Shown here in pieces: positions 8,872 through 17,720 of a stretch of DNA of 45,315 nucleotides. The translations under genes were made by a program, and so were the position numbers. How positions within the stretch are numbered: position 1 is the first letter of the stretch; each line of letters begins with the position of its first letter. The notes beneath the pieces are model-generated. The model had not been told where the DNA came from. It was given only the letters and a program-made list of their open reading frames with translations, and did not search any database. The stretch comes from Candidatus Woesearchaeota archaeon (GTDB lineage: Archaea > Nanobdellota > Nanobdellia > Woesearchaeales > BM511): the NCBI GenBank assembly GCA_023266675.1, contig JAHFPP010000003.1, positions 1-45,315 on the forward strand. Reading direction: 5' to 3'.

Positions 8872-9822
8872 ATGGTCAGCATTAAAACTAAAAAACGAAA
8901 TAAAAAAATCAATTTATACGCAGAATACTCGTTTAGAATGCCTGATGGAAGTATAAAAAAATTATCAAAATTCATAGAAAAAAAAGATGATATTAGTAGC
9001 AGTGATATAAAAGAATATTTCCTGGTAAAAGAAACAGAAGCCTATCAGGATTACGCGAACAATAGATACACGCCTGACCTTATTTTTACAAAGGAAAAGA
9101 TATCAAAGATGGAAACTTACAGGGTTGAATATAAGAAGATAATAAACACGCTTTCCAAAAATCAGATGAATGACGTTCTGGATAGGTTTACTGCAAACTT
9201 CACATATGAAACAAACGCAATTGAAGGAAACTCATTGACGCTAAAAGAAGTTACAATGATGTTTTCTGAAAATATTGTGCCAAAAGGCAAAAATCTTAGA
9301 GAAGTGTATGAAACAAGAAATGCAAGAGAAGCAAATGAGATGCTATTTGGCAATAGAGTAAAAATAGATAATGAGAGCATAATAAGCCTGCATAAGCTTA
9401 TTGTGAAAGAGACTGGCGTTAATTCTGGTTTTAAGAAACTTCCAAACTTCCTGGTTATGAGAGATGTAAAAACAACAAAGCCTGAAAATGTTGAGGAAGA
9501 AATACAAAAGCTGATTGACTGGTATAATAAATTTAAAGACAGTACTCATCCTTTGAAGCTTGCGGCGGAGTTTCATGCTCGTTTTGAAAAGATACACCCA
9601 TTTGAAGATGGAAACGGAAGGGTTGGAAGAATACTGATAAACGCTATATTGCTTGAAAATAAGTATCCTCCGCTAATTATAAGGAAGACTATTCGACAAT
9701 CCTATTTTGAGGCATTATCAGCATACGACAAAGGACATAAAGCGAAGCTTGAAAGATTTCTAATAGAAAAATACGAAGAGACATTTGAGAAGTTTTTCAG
9801 GATATATGTGAAGTATCTGTAG
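8872..9822 (+). CDS. Fic family protein (class II, autoinhibited AMPylase)
   Basis: Canonical HPFEDGNGRVGR motif; N-terminal inhibitory motif TNAIEGN. Confidence 0.93.
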   Translation: MVSIKTKKRNKKINLYAEYSFRMPDGSIKKLSKFIEKKDDISSSDIKEYFLVKETEAYQDYANNRYTPDLIFTKEKISKMETYRVEYKKIINTLSKNQMNDVLDRFTANFTYETNAIEGNSLTLKEVTMMFSENIVPKGKNLREVYETRNAREANEMLFGNRVKIDNESIISLHKLIVKETGVNSGFKKLPNFLVMRDVKTTKPENVEEEIQKLIDWYNKFKDSTHPLKLAAEFHARFEKIHPFEDGNGRVGRILINAILLENKYPPLIIRKTIRQSYFEALSAYDKGHKAKLERFLIEKYEETFEKFFRIYVKYL

Positions 9823-9825
9823 AAA

Positions 9826-9903
9826 TTCAGGAATCGCTCACTGGCTTGTCAGTTATTAGAACGCTTTTTATCACATTCAAGCTGAGCGCCAGCGATTTCT
9901 GAA
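9826..9903 (+). repeat. Long imperfect stem-loop downstream of Fic
   Basis: TTCAGGAATCGCT/AGCGATTTCTGAA, TGGC/GCCA, TCAGTT/AGCTGA; mismatches are G-U compatible on the + strand. Confidence 0.65.
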
Positions 9904-10097
9904 ACCAAAGCCACTCTTTTTTCTCCGCTTTGATAAGGTATTATATGTCTTCATAACTTATAAGGTTATTGGTTAAAAAGTAGATATATTAACTCTATTT
10001 TTCATTATGTAGTTTGTTAACATATAAGTTATAGAATAATTAAATATATAAAGCGAAGGCACCATAATTTCTATGTAATTTAAAGTGGGGTTAAATA

Positions 10098-10469
10098 ATG
10101 GGTCAACTTATTCGCAACGTGTCGTCTGGTGGAGTCATCAGATTTATCAACGGCAAAGATGCGGACAATAAACCAGTTGTGAAAAAAACAAATTCTAGCT
10201 TACTTAAGTTTGACAAAATTGAAATAAACGAAATTCCTTCAAATTTAGAGGATGATGGAAAGCCACTTGAGAACGAATTTCTTAAAGACGTTAGAATGCG
10301 CGAAGAAAAGCAGAAACTAAAAGAGAAATTGATATTGCAAAACCACAAAGAAGAATCATACAAAAGCTTTGTTAATGGTTTGCTGGAATCATCTGACGAC
10401 ATATTCGACTCCAAAGGCGACGACATAACCAAAAAAGACTTCTTAAAGAATGAAATGGAATTGGATTAG
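10098..10469 (+). CDS. Hypothetical protein
   Basis: 123-aa ORF with SD-like GTGGGG and an upstream TATA; no recognisable motif. Confidence 0.6.
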   Translation: MGQLIRNVSSGGVIRFINGKDADNKPVVKKTNSSLLKFDKIEINEIPSNLEDDGKPLENEFLKDVRMREEKQKLKEKLILQNHKEESYKSFVNGLLESSDDIFDSKGDDITKKDFLKNEMELD

Positions 10470-10595
10470 GAGCATATAACTCAACTACTAAAATGTACTA
10501 GATTAGTAGATAAATTTTATTTCTAATTATCCTTTGTGAAAAGCTGAAAAAGATAGATAAACCTTTTATATTAATCAAGGGTTATAATAATCTCA

Positions 10596-11066
10596 ATGAA
10601 TACAACAGAACAATTTTACCAAGACTGTGGAAATATAATCTTGTTATCAACAAGTATGGAACATACCTTAGGAGTACATTTAACAATGTTCTTAAAAAAT
10701 CGTCGTTTATTACAGTCACCTGAAAACGTAAATGAATTTACTCACAAAACCTTCAACGAGAAGATTAAATTACTACAGAGATTATGCGAAGAGAAAAAGA
10801 CAAATATAGAAAGAAAGGAACGTCTTCTAAAAGCATTACGTGAAATGAAGAATATACGCAATCAAGTCGGACATTGGGGGATGTTTTATATCCCTGAAAC
10901 TGGAGGATATAAATTACAAAATATAAAATCAGAAAAAGAAGAGCCACTTGATGCAGGAAATGCAGTTAAACAAATGAATGATAACTATTCTATCGCGTAT
11001 CGTGAACTACTAGAACTTTATAACCAACTTTTCTATCCTGAAACAAGCAGAGATGAAAACACATAA
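10596..11066 (+). CDS. Putative HEPN-like helical protein
   Basis: Predicted mainly helical; upstream Glu (MEH) and Rx4H motif RNQVGH; leaderless TATA promoter. Confidence 0.5.
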   Translation: MNTTEQFYQDCGNIILLSTSMEHTLGVHLTMFLKNRRLLQSPENVNEFTHKTFNEKIKLLQRLCEEKKTNIERKERLLKALREMKNIRNQVGHWGMFYIPETGGYKLQNIKSEKEEPLDAGNAVKQMNDNYSIAYRELLELYNQLFYPETSRDENT

Positions 11067-11136
11067 TACTCGCACATCACAAAACCAACGAGAAAAATGA
11101 TATATCTTATACTACCGCAAGACCGAGATATATCCA

Positions 11137-11802
11137 TTAGACTAATTTTCTTTTTCCAAGTTTCCTAGATTTGGTTTTAATCTTACTTTTAAATGTTAAT
11201 TCTTTAATAAATTTTGATAAAGAATAGTAAGTAACAATGGTGAGGATTATAGTAAGAATTGAGAATAATATACTATAAGATATCGTGATTTTATACCAAG
11301 TCAGAAAAACTAAATAACAAAATATGAACACTATTGATAAAGAGAAGAGAAAAAATATTAAATATCCTGAAACTTCCATGAATTTAAGAATATTGAATTC
11401 ATCAATTCCATTTTTTCTAGTTCGATTATGATGTAAAAAAGAGATTATAATAAAGGAATAAACAATCATAATTAAAAAACCAAAAATATTAAGTTTTACA
11501 AGATAATCTTTCTCATTGTATAATATACTTCTAGTAATTACATAAAGTAGAGTACTAAAAATAGCAACAAAATAAGCGACTGCACCGACAAGTAACGCTA
11601 AACCACCTTTAGTTAAAGAATCAAGACTTATCCAAAGTTTATCACGCTTCGTTATGACAAATGATAAGGTAAGAGCAATAAAACCTGCAACAAGCATAAA
11701 AATGATAGTGAGACTCATTTCTTCAGGACTATGTATATTAGGAATCAATTCAGTAACATTTAATTGTTGAGTAGCATTAGTTAATAATTGAAAACCGTCC
11801 AT
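11137..11802 (-). CDS. Hypothetical multi-pass membrane protein
   Basis: About five hydrophobic segments; leaderless TTTATAAA promoter; AT-rich. Confidence 0.7.
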   Translation of the reverse strand: MDGFQLLTNATQQLNVTELIPNIHSPEEMSLTIIFMLVAGFIALTLSFVITKRDKLWISLDSLTKGGLALLVGAVAYFVAIFSTLLYVITRSILYNEKDYLVKLNIFGFLIMIVYSFIIISFLHHNRTRKNGIDEFNILKFMEVSGYLIFFLFSLSIVFIFCYLVFLTWYKITISYSILFSILTIILTIVTYYSLSKFIKELTFKSKIKTKSRKLGKRKLV

Positions 11803-11854
11803 TATGCTAGAAAATCATTTTTTATTTATAAATACTATCCTAATTATTCTGAAG

Positions 11855-13246
11855 TTAAGAACATTTTGTAGTTAAAGTTATATTTAGTTTTACAGGTGTA
11901 TCCATTCCATGATTAGTAAAACGTATGGCATTATTATTAATCTCGGTACTTAAGGAAAAATCAGTATTATTACTCCTAACCTCAAAACTACACTTTTTAT
12001 CAGAACAAAATATATTATTGTTTTTATTACTCAATAAATTTTCATCTGAAGAAATAATTGTAAAATTAGTAAAATTACAAGATTTTTCATCATTCCCAGC
12101 TATAACTGTGGATTCCTGATAAAGATTAGCATCCAGCTTATTATCTAAATCAATCTTAATAAAATAAGAATTATTACCTAAGCTCCATGATTGAGATGAG
12201 AATGAATAATTTAGAGTAGTTGCTTTTTCAAGATAATCTATGGTTATATTAGTTATATTTTTCTCAAGAAAGACATTTCTATCAAAACGAATAAACAAGT
12301 CTCCCGTATTATTAAAAAAGTGTATCTGAGAAATACCATACTCATTATCAGATTGTCCTATCATGTTAAAATCTGATGTGTGGATTAATTGATTTTTATT
12401 ATTTATAAGGTTAATTCTAAAAAAATATTTGCTCTTTATTGAGTCTAGATCTAATTTATTAATTCCGAAATTCAGATTTAAATCATTAAAATAAGAACCT
12501 AATTTTCCAAATTTATCTATTTTTAATGTTAAACTTTTTTCAATATACCCCACACTAGAATACGAAACTTGGTATCCGCGAAGGATAGGTTTTTCTTGGG
12601 TATATGAAACAGTATTTAACGTACCCCACGAAAATGAAATTACTGAAAATAATAAAAAGATTGCTAGCCCCCAATAAATTATATTTGAATTTTTAATCAA
12701 TAATTTATTATTTTTCATAAGAGTATATAATAATACACATGAGATTATGAATAAGATAAACATTAAGGTGAAAACAAAAATGAAAGGTAGCGTATAAATA
12801 TTGATATTCGAAATAAAAAGTCCCCATACAACAAGTCCGAACATAATCCCTAAAGGAATAATCTGGATAGAAAGTATTGCTAAGATTCCTTTACTAAATT
12901 TTTGTTTAGTTGGTCTTTCTTTCCAGTTATTTAAAAAGAATATACAAAGTATAAAAAAAATGATGCCTGTATAAAAGTTAAATAAATTAAATAGGAAATT
13001 AAGATTAGTGTAATTAAACATAAAATTCTTTATTAAATCAATTAATCCTACTACTGATAGTATAGACATAAACGATATTATAATTACTACAAAGATGGTG
13101 CTTACTTCACCAACTTTATTTGTGGTATTCAATTTTTCAAATTTTCCCTTATAAAAATATTTAACCCATAAGATATAAGAAAATATGCCTATAAGAATTA
13201 TTGAGATTGGTACTGAAATATTTAATCCTAATAAATTAAGCTCCAT
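11855..13246 (-). CDS. Hypothetical membrane protein: ~6 TM N-terminus plus Asn-rich extracellular domain
   Basis: Hydrophobic N-half; C-half has many NxS/T sequons and three Cys. Confidence 0.7.
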   Translation of the reverse strand: MELNLLGLNISVPISIILIGIFSYILWVKYFYKGKFEKLNTTNKVGEVSTIFVVIIISFMSILSVVGLIDLIKNFMFNYTNLNFLFNLFNFYTGIIFFILCIFFLNNWKERPTKQKFSKGILAILSIQIIPLGIMFGLVVWGLFISNINIYTLPFIFVFTLMFILFIISCVLLYTLMKNNKLLIKNSNIIYWGLAIFLLFSVISFSWGTLNTVSYTQEKPILRGYQVSYSSVGYIEKSLTLKIDKFGKLGSYFNDLNLNFGINKLDLDSIKSKYFFRINLINNKNQLIHTSDFNMIGQSDNEYGISQIHFFNNTGDLFIRFDRNVFLEKNITNITIDYLEKATTLNYSFSSQSWSLGNNSYFIKIDLDNKLDANLYQESTVIAGNDEKSCNFTNFTIISSDENLLSNKNNNIFCSDKKCSFEVRSNNTDFSLSTEINNNAIRFTNHGMDTPVKLNITLTTKCS

Positions 13247-13378
13247 AGCCTGAAAATATAATCTTTTATTTATAAAGACTTTCCCAAAAAATGAAAATTT
13301 AACTAAATTATACTTCTGTAAAAAAATTTCTCTCGTAGAAAAAATCTGAAATAAAAAAATAAAAAATTAACGAAGAAA

Positions 13379-14158
13379 TTATTTCTTCGCTGGTGTTCCT
13401 GGCATTGCTTTGCCGCCTGCTGCTGGAGCTGCTCCTGGCTTTGCTGCGCCTGGTGCTGCTTCTGCGTCCTGCGGTAGGAACTGCTTGATGATTGCTTCTG
13501 GTAGGCCAGCTGTAACCATTGCTGCTTTCTTCTCTGCTCTTGTCTTTCCTTCCATTGTTGCAAGGATTGACTTAGCTTTTGATTCGTATTCGGCTCTCTT
13601 AGCTTCGATTTCAGCGTGCAGTTTGATTCTTTCAGCTTCAAGCTCTTTAAGCTCTTCTGCTGTTAGCTCAGTCTTCTGGTCAGCTATCTTCTTGTCGTAT
13701 TTTCCTGCAATTAAATCAATGAAAGTTTCTGGAACTGCTTTTCCTTCAACCATGACACCCATTGACTGGCATGTTCCCATGATTTCTTTGCATTTTTCCT
13801 TTAAGGTTTTTCCTAGAAGCGCATCCTGCTTTGTTAGTGCGATTTTGATTATCTGCTCGATTTTTAGGTCAGCGACTTTTTCAGTCAAAGCGTTTGAAGC
13901 TCCTTTTTCAATTCCTGTTTCTTTTTTGACAAGAGCTGATACTGGAGGTGTTCCTACAGTTATTTCAAATGTCTTTGTTTCTGTGTCAACTGTTACTGTT
14001 ACTGGCACCTGCATTCCTGCAAGTGCTGCTGTTTTTTTGTTTATCTCTGCAACTACTTGTCCTATATTTATCTTTAAAGGTCCAAGAGCTGGTCCGAGTG
14101 GTGGAGCTGCTGTTGCTTTTCCGCCTTCAATTTGTACTGATACTTTTTCTTTTGCCAT
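13379..14158 (-). CDS. rpl11: 50S ribosomal protein uL11 with ~100-aa C-terminal extension
   Basis: EGGKATAAPPLGPALGP, VGTPPVSALVKKE, EIMGTCQSMGV. Confidence 0.96.
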   Translation of the reverse strand: MAKEKVSVQIEGGKATAAPPLGPALGPLKINIGQVVAEINKKTAALAGMQVPVTVTVDTETKTFEITVGTPPVSALVKKETGIEKGASNALTEKVADLKIEQIIKIALTKQDALLGKTLKEKCKEIMGTCQSMGVMVEGKAVPETFIDLIAGKYDKKIADQKTELTAEELKELEAERIKLHAEIEAKRAEYESKAKSILATMEGKTRAEKKAAMVTAGLPEAIIKQFLPQDAEAAPGAAKPGAAPAAGGKAMPGTPAKK

Positions 14159-14404
14159 ATTTTTTCATCTCCGTTTTAAACGTTGGATACCCGGGTAATC
14201 ATATCGATTTCCAAGCCACCAGTTTCTTATAAGTCAAAGAAAAACCATTTCATTTAAAAACCTTACTGGTTTTTTATGCCCAGCGACCATCGGTCGATTG
14301 GGTATTTAAAAAAGTGATGGTTTTTTATGAGAAACTCAGCGTTTTTTTAGAGTATCCACAAACATAGGATAAACCTTTATAAACAAAGACAGCTTACACG
14401 TTCC

Positions 14405-14947
14405 ATGATAATCTCAATCTCAGGCAAAGCAGGCTCAGGCAAAAGCACTGTTGCAAGAATGCTTTCAAGGGAGCTTGGATTTAGGCATTATTCTTCAGGC
14501 GACTTCATGAGGCAGATTGGAAAGGAAAGAAATCTAACACTAATTGAACTTTCACATCTGGCAGAGAAGGAAACATGGGTTGACGAAGAGCTTGACAGGC
14601 GGCAAAAAGAGCTTGGAGAAAGAGAGGATGACTTTGTTATTGACGGACGCCTTTCATGGCACTTTATCCCGCGCTCAGTAAAAGTATACCTTGATGTTAA
14701 CGACAAAGTTGCTGCAAAAAGAATATGGGCTGACAGAAAAAACCGGAAAAACGAGGGGTTTTCAACAGAGAAAGAGCTTGTGGCAAAGCTAAAAGAAAGA
14801 CATGATTCAGAGATAAGAAGATACAAAGAGTATTATAATCTTAATTACCACAACAAAAAAAATTATGATTTAGTCATTGACACATCAAAGAGTACTGTAG
14901 AGAAAATCATAAGTGAAATTAAAAAATTTGTGATAAAGTCACCGTAA
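14405..14947 (+). CDS. cmk: Cytidylate kinase (archaeal type)
   Basis: ISISGKAGSGKSTVA, SSGDFMR, VIDGRLS, YDLVIDTS. Confidence 0.92.
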   Translation: MIISISGKAGSGKSTVARMLSRELGFRHYSSGDFMRQIGKERNLTLIELSHLAEKETWVDEELDRRQKELGEREDDFVIDGRLSWHFIPRSVKVYLDVNDKVAAKRIWADRKNRKNEGFSTEKELVAKLKERHDSEIRRYKEYYNLNYHNKKNYDLVIDTSKSTVEKIISEIKKFVIKSP

Positions 14948-15031
14948 AGCTTTTAAATACCGTGCTGTTTCTCATCGTTATAACTTCTAGAGTCGTTTAA
15001 TCGAACTAGAGTGCAAAAGGAGAATTTCAAA

Positions 15032-15718
15032 ATGACAAAAATCGAAAAAAATGATTTTGTAACAATTGAATACACAGGAATACTGAAAGAATCAGGACAG
15101 ATATTTGACACAACATCAGAGCAGATTGCAAAAAAAGAAAACATCCACAACATGAAGATGGCGTATGGACCAATAACAATCTGCGTTGGACAAAACCAGA
15201 TATTAAAGGCAATTGATGAGAATCTTCTTGGAAAAGAGGAAAAAGCAGAATTTTTGCTTGACTTAAACCCTGAAAACGCTTTTGGCAAAAAGAATGCAAA
15301 ACTAATCAAGCTTGTGCCTTCAAATATTTTCAAAAAACAAAACATCCAACCATTTGTCGGACTTGAAGTTCAGCTTGACAGCATGCCAGGAATAATCCGA
15401 AGCGTGTCAGGAGGACGAATACTTGTTGACTTTAACCATCCGCTTGCAGGACGAGATGTGAAGTATGATATAAAAGTGAATAAGAAAGTTGACGACATCA
15501 AAGAAAAAATCAAAGCATATTTACAGATAACATTTGGAGTAAAAGAAACCAAAATAACAGTAAGCGGCGACAAAGCCGAAATTGAGATGCAACTTCCTTT
15601 ACAAATAAGCAAAACACTTGCTGAAAAAATAAGAGAAGTTATACCAGAATTAAGGACTATTGAATTTTTAAGCAAGAATATTGAAAACACTAAAGATAAG
15701 AAAGCGGATAATAATTAA
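15032..15718 (+). CDS. FKBP-type peptidyl-prolyl cis-trans isomerase (long archaeal SlyD-like)
   Basis: DFVTIEYTG, IFDTT, PENAFG, VDFNHPLAG. ATG at 15032 preferred (SD GGAG). Confidence 0.92.
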   Translation: MTKIEKNDFVTIEYTGILKESGQIFDTTSEQIAKKENIHNMKMAYGPITICVGQNQILKAIDENLLGKEEKAEFLLDLNPENAFGKKNAKLIKLVPSNIFKKQNIQPFVGLEVQLDSMPGIIRSVSGGRILVDFNHPLAGRDVKYDIKVNKKVDDIKEKIKAYLQITFGVKETKITVSGDKAEIEMQLPLQISKTLAEKIREVIPELRTIEFLSKNIENTKDKKADNN

Positions 15719-15786
15719 GCGAAAAATACGACACGTTTAAATATAAAATGAATAAAAGTTTATTATTATAATGTGTGGTGAGAAAT

Positions 15787-16926
15787 ATGGTTGATGGAAT
15801 AATAAAAAGCGTCGGAGAACGGGAAGTTTTTAAGAGGTCAGTCAAAGGGACACCTATATCAAGTTCCAAGATAAAGAATCTTATGGACGAAGAGCTTGAA
15901 GAGCTTTTAAAAAAGCACAAAGCAACAATAAAAGTTATTGGATGCGGCGGCGGCGGAAACAATACAATCAACAGAATCACTGAAGTAGGTGTTGTTGGCG
16001 CTGAAACAATCGCCATAAACACAGATGCGCAGGATTTGCTTTACACAACAGCTGACAAAAAAATACTCATAGGAAAAGATATCACGCAGGGACTTGGAGC
16101 AGGCTCAATACCGAAAATCGGAGAAGACTCTGCACGGGAATCTGAAGGAGAGATAAAAACAGCTATCCAAGGTTCAGACATGGTTTTTATCACATGCGGC
16201 CTTGGCGGCGGCACCGGAACAGGCTCAGCGCCTGTAGTTGCAGAAGTAGCAAAGAAAATGGGAGCATTAACTGTTGCAATCGTAACTTTGCCTTTCACAA
16301 TGGAGGGACACAGAAGATACGAAAACGCTGTACTTGGGCTTGAAAAACTTGAACAGAATGTTGACACACTCATAGTAATACCAAATGACAAGCTTCTTGA
16401 GCTTGCACCAGACTTGCCGCTTCACACAGCATTCAAAGTAGCTGACGAAATACTCACAAATGCAGTAAAAGGAATTGCTGAACTAGTCACTAAAGCTGGC
16501 CTAGTCAACCTTGATTTTGCAGACATAAGAGCAGTCATGGGCAACGGAGGCGTAGCGCTTATTGGTGTAGGCGAATCAGACACCCAAAACAGAGCTATTG
16601 AAGCAGTAGAAAAAGCAATCCAAAACCCACTCCTTGACGTGAGCATTGAAGGCGCAAACGGCGCACTCATAAACGTTTCAGGCGGATATGATATGACACT
16701 TGAAGAAGCAAGACGCGTTGTTGAGACGATATCATCAAAGCTTGACCCTGAAGCAAGAATAATTTGGGGAGCGCAGATATCAGAAGAGCTTGAAGGAGTA
16801 ATAAGAGCTATGCTTATAGTAACTGGCGTTAAAAGCTCGCAGATATTTGGAAGCGGAAAAAAAGGATTTTCAACAGTAAAGAAGAACGCAATGGAAAACG
16901 AGCTTGGAATCGAGTTTGTAGATTAA
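15787..16926 (+). CDS. ftsZ: Cell division protein FtsZ
   Basis: GCGGGGNN, GLGGGTGTG, NLDFAD. ATG at 15787 after SD GTGGTGA. Confidence 0.98.
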   Translation: MVDGIIKSVGEREVFKRSVKGTPISSSKIKNLMDEELEELLKKHKATIKVIGCGGGGNNTINRITEVGVVGAETIAINTDAQDLLYTTADKKILIGKDITQGLGAGSIPKIGEDSARESEGEIKTAIQGSDMVFITCGLGGGTGTGSAPVVAEVAKKMGALTVAIVTLPFTMEGHRRYENAVLGLEKLEQNVDTLIVIPNDKLLELAPDLPLHTAFKVADEILTNAVKGIAELVTKAGLVNLDFADIRAVMGNGGVALIGVGESDTQNRAIEAVEKAIQNPLLDVSIEGANGALINVSGGYDMTLEEARRVVETISSKLDPEARIIWGAQISEELEGVIRAMLIVTGVKSSQIFGSGKKGFSTVKKNAMENELGIEFVD

Positions 16927-16949
16927 AAATAAAAAAGAATTGAAACAAA

Positions 16950-17120
16950 ATGGTAAACTTAAAAGAATTTTTTGGAGAATGCAAACGAGTGCTTACAATA
17001 ACAAAGAAACCTGATAAAGTGGAATTTAAGGCCATAGTCAAAGCGTCAGGACTTGGAATCCTGATAATAGGTTTAATAGGATTCCTGTTAACACTTGGAA
17101 AAGAATTATTATTCAAATAG
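16950..17120 (+). CDS. secE: Protein translocase subunit SecE/Sec61-gamma (absent from the ORF track)
   Basis: Translated by hand: MVNLKEFFGECKRVLTITKKPDKVEFKAIVKASGLGILIIGLIGFLLTLGKELLFK; conserved ftsZ-secE-spt5 order. Confidence 0.95.
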   Translation: MVNLKEFFGECKRVLTITKKPDKVEFKAIVKASGLGILIIGLIGFLLTLGKELLFK

Positions 17121-17159
17121 TAGAGATAAAAAAGAGGATAAACCTAAAAATAAAATTGA

Positions 17160-17675
17160 ATGAGTGAAAAAAATATGAGCGACGAAAAAAAAACAATATC
17201 AACAAAATTATTTGCTTTACGAACAACAGCAAACAGAGAAGACCAAGTGCTTGCATTTATATCAAGCAATGTAGTAAAGAAAAAAATACCAGTCTACTCG
17301 GTTATAAGACCTCACGGAATGAGAGGGTACATATTCATTGAGACAGAAACAAAAACTGATGCGGAGCAGGCAGCTTTCTCAATCCCGTACTCACGAGGAG
17401 TGCTTCCAAAGGAAGTCGACTACAAGGAAATCGAGCACATGCTTGAACAGGTCAAGAAGGAAGTCAATATCCAGAAAAACGATATTGCTGAAATCATCTC
17501 AGGACCATTTAAGCGGGAAAAATGCAAGATTACGCGAATCGACCAGGTCAAAGAAGAAGTTGTTGTCGAACTGCTTGAAGCAGCTGTTCCAATCCCAATA
17601 ACACTTAAGATGGACGCTGTAAAAGTCATAAGACGTGAAGGCGATGACTCAATCGGCGACGGTTCAGACGATTAA
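17160..17675 (+). CDS. spt5: Transcription elongation factor Spt5 (NusG)
   Basis: NGN domain (TTANRE, RGYIFIE) and KOW motif (EIISGPFK; VELLEAAVPIPIT). Confidence 0.95.
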   Translation: MSEKNMSDEKKTISTKLFALRTTANREDQVLAFISSNVVKKKIPVYSVIRPHGMRGYIFIETETKTDAEQAAFSIPYSRGVLPKEVDYKEIEHMLEQVKKEVNIQKNDIAEIISGPFKREKCKITRIDQVKEEVVVELLEAAVPIPITLKMDAVKVIRREGDDSIGDGSDD

Positions 17676-17710
17676 TTTCTTTTAAATTATTTTTTTATTA
17701 ATTATTTTTA
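17676..17710 (+). terminator. T-rich archaeal terminator region after spt5
   Basis: Several T runs immediately after the stop codon, between convergent genes. Confidence 0.45.
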
Positions 17711-17720
17711 TAGTTCTAAC

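Noticed and set aside
9826-9903. Integron attC site
   Set aside because: Lacks RYYYAAC/GTTRRRY ends; no integron integrase or repeated attC sites in the window.
9877-9954. 25-aa minus-strand ORF MKTYNTLSKRRKKSGFGFRNRWRSA, superficially like bacterial bL34, with palindrome ATAAC-N7-GTTAT (9953-9969) over its start
   Set aside because: Too short, runs into the hairpin, and bL34 is not expected in archaea. More likely chance or a gene remnant.
10475-10515. Additional copy of the TAACNACT-N4-AGT motif (CAACTACTAAAATGTACTAG)
   Set aside because: Only a half match and not at the 18-nt spacing from a TATA box.
13303-14232. Alternative ORFs over rpl11 (262 aa +, 112 aa -, 94 aa +)
   Set aside because: Antisense or off-frame shadows of a clearly identified ribosomal protein gene.
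16829-17116. 95-aa minus-strand ORF
   Set aside because: Antisense to secE and the ftsZ 3' end.
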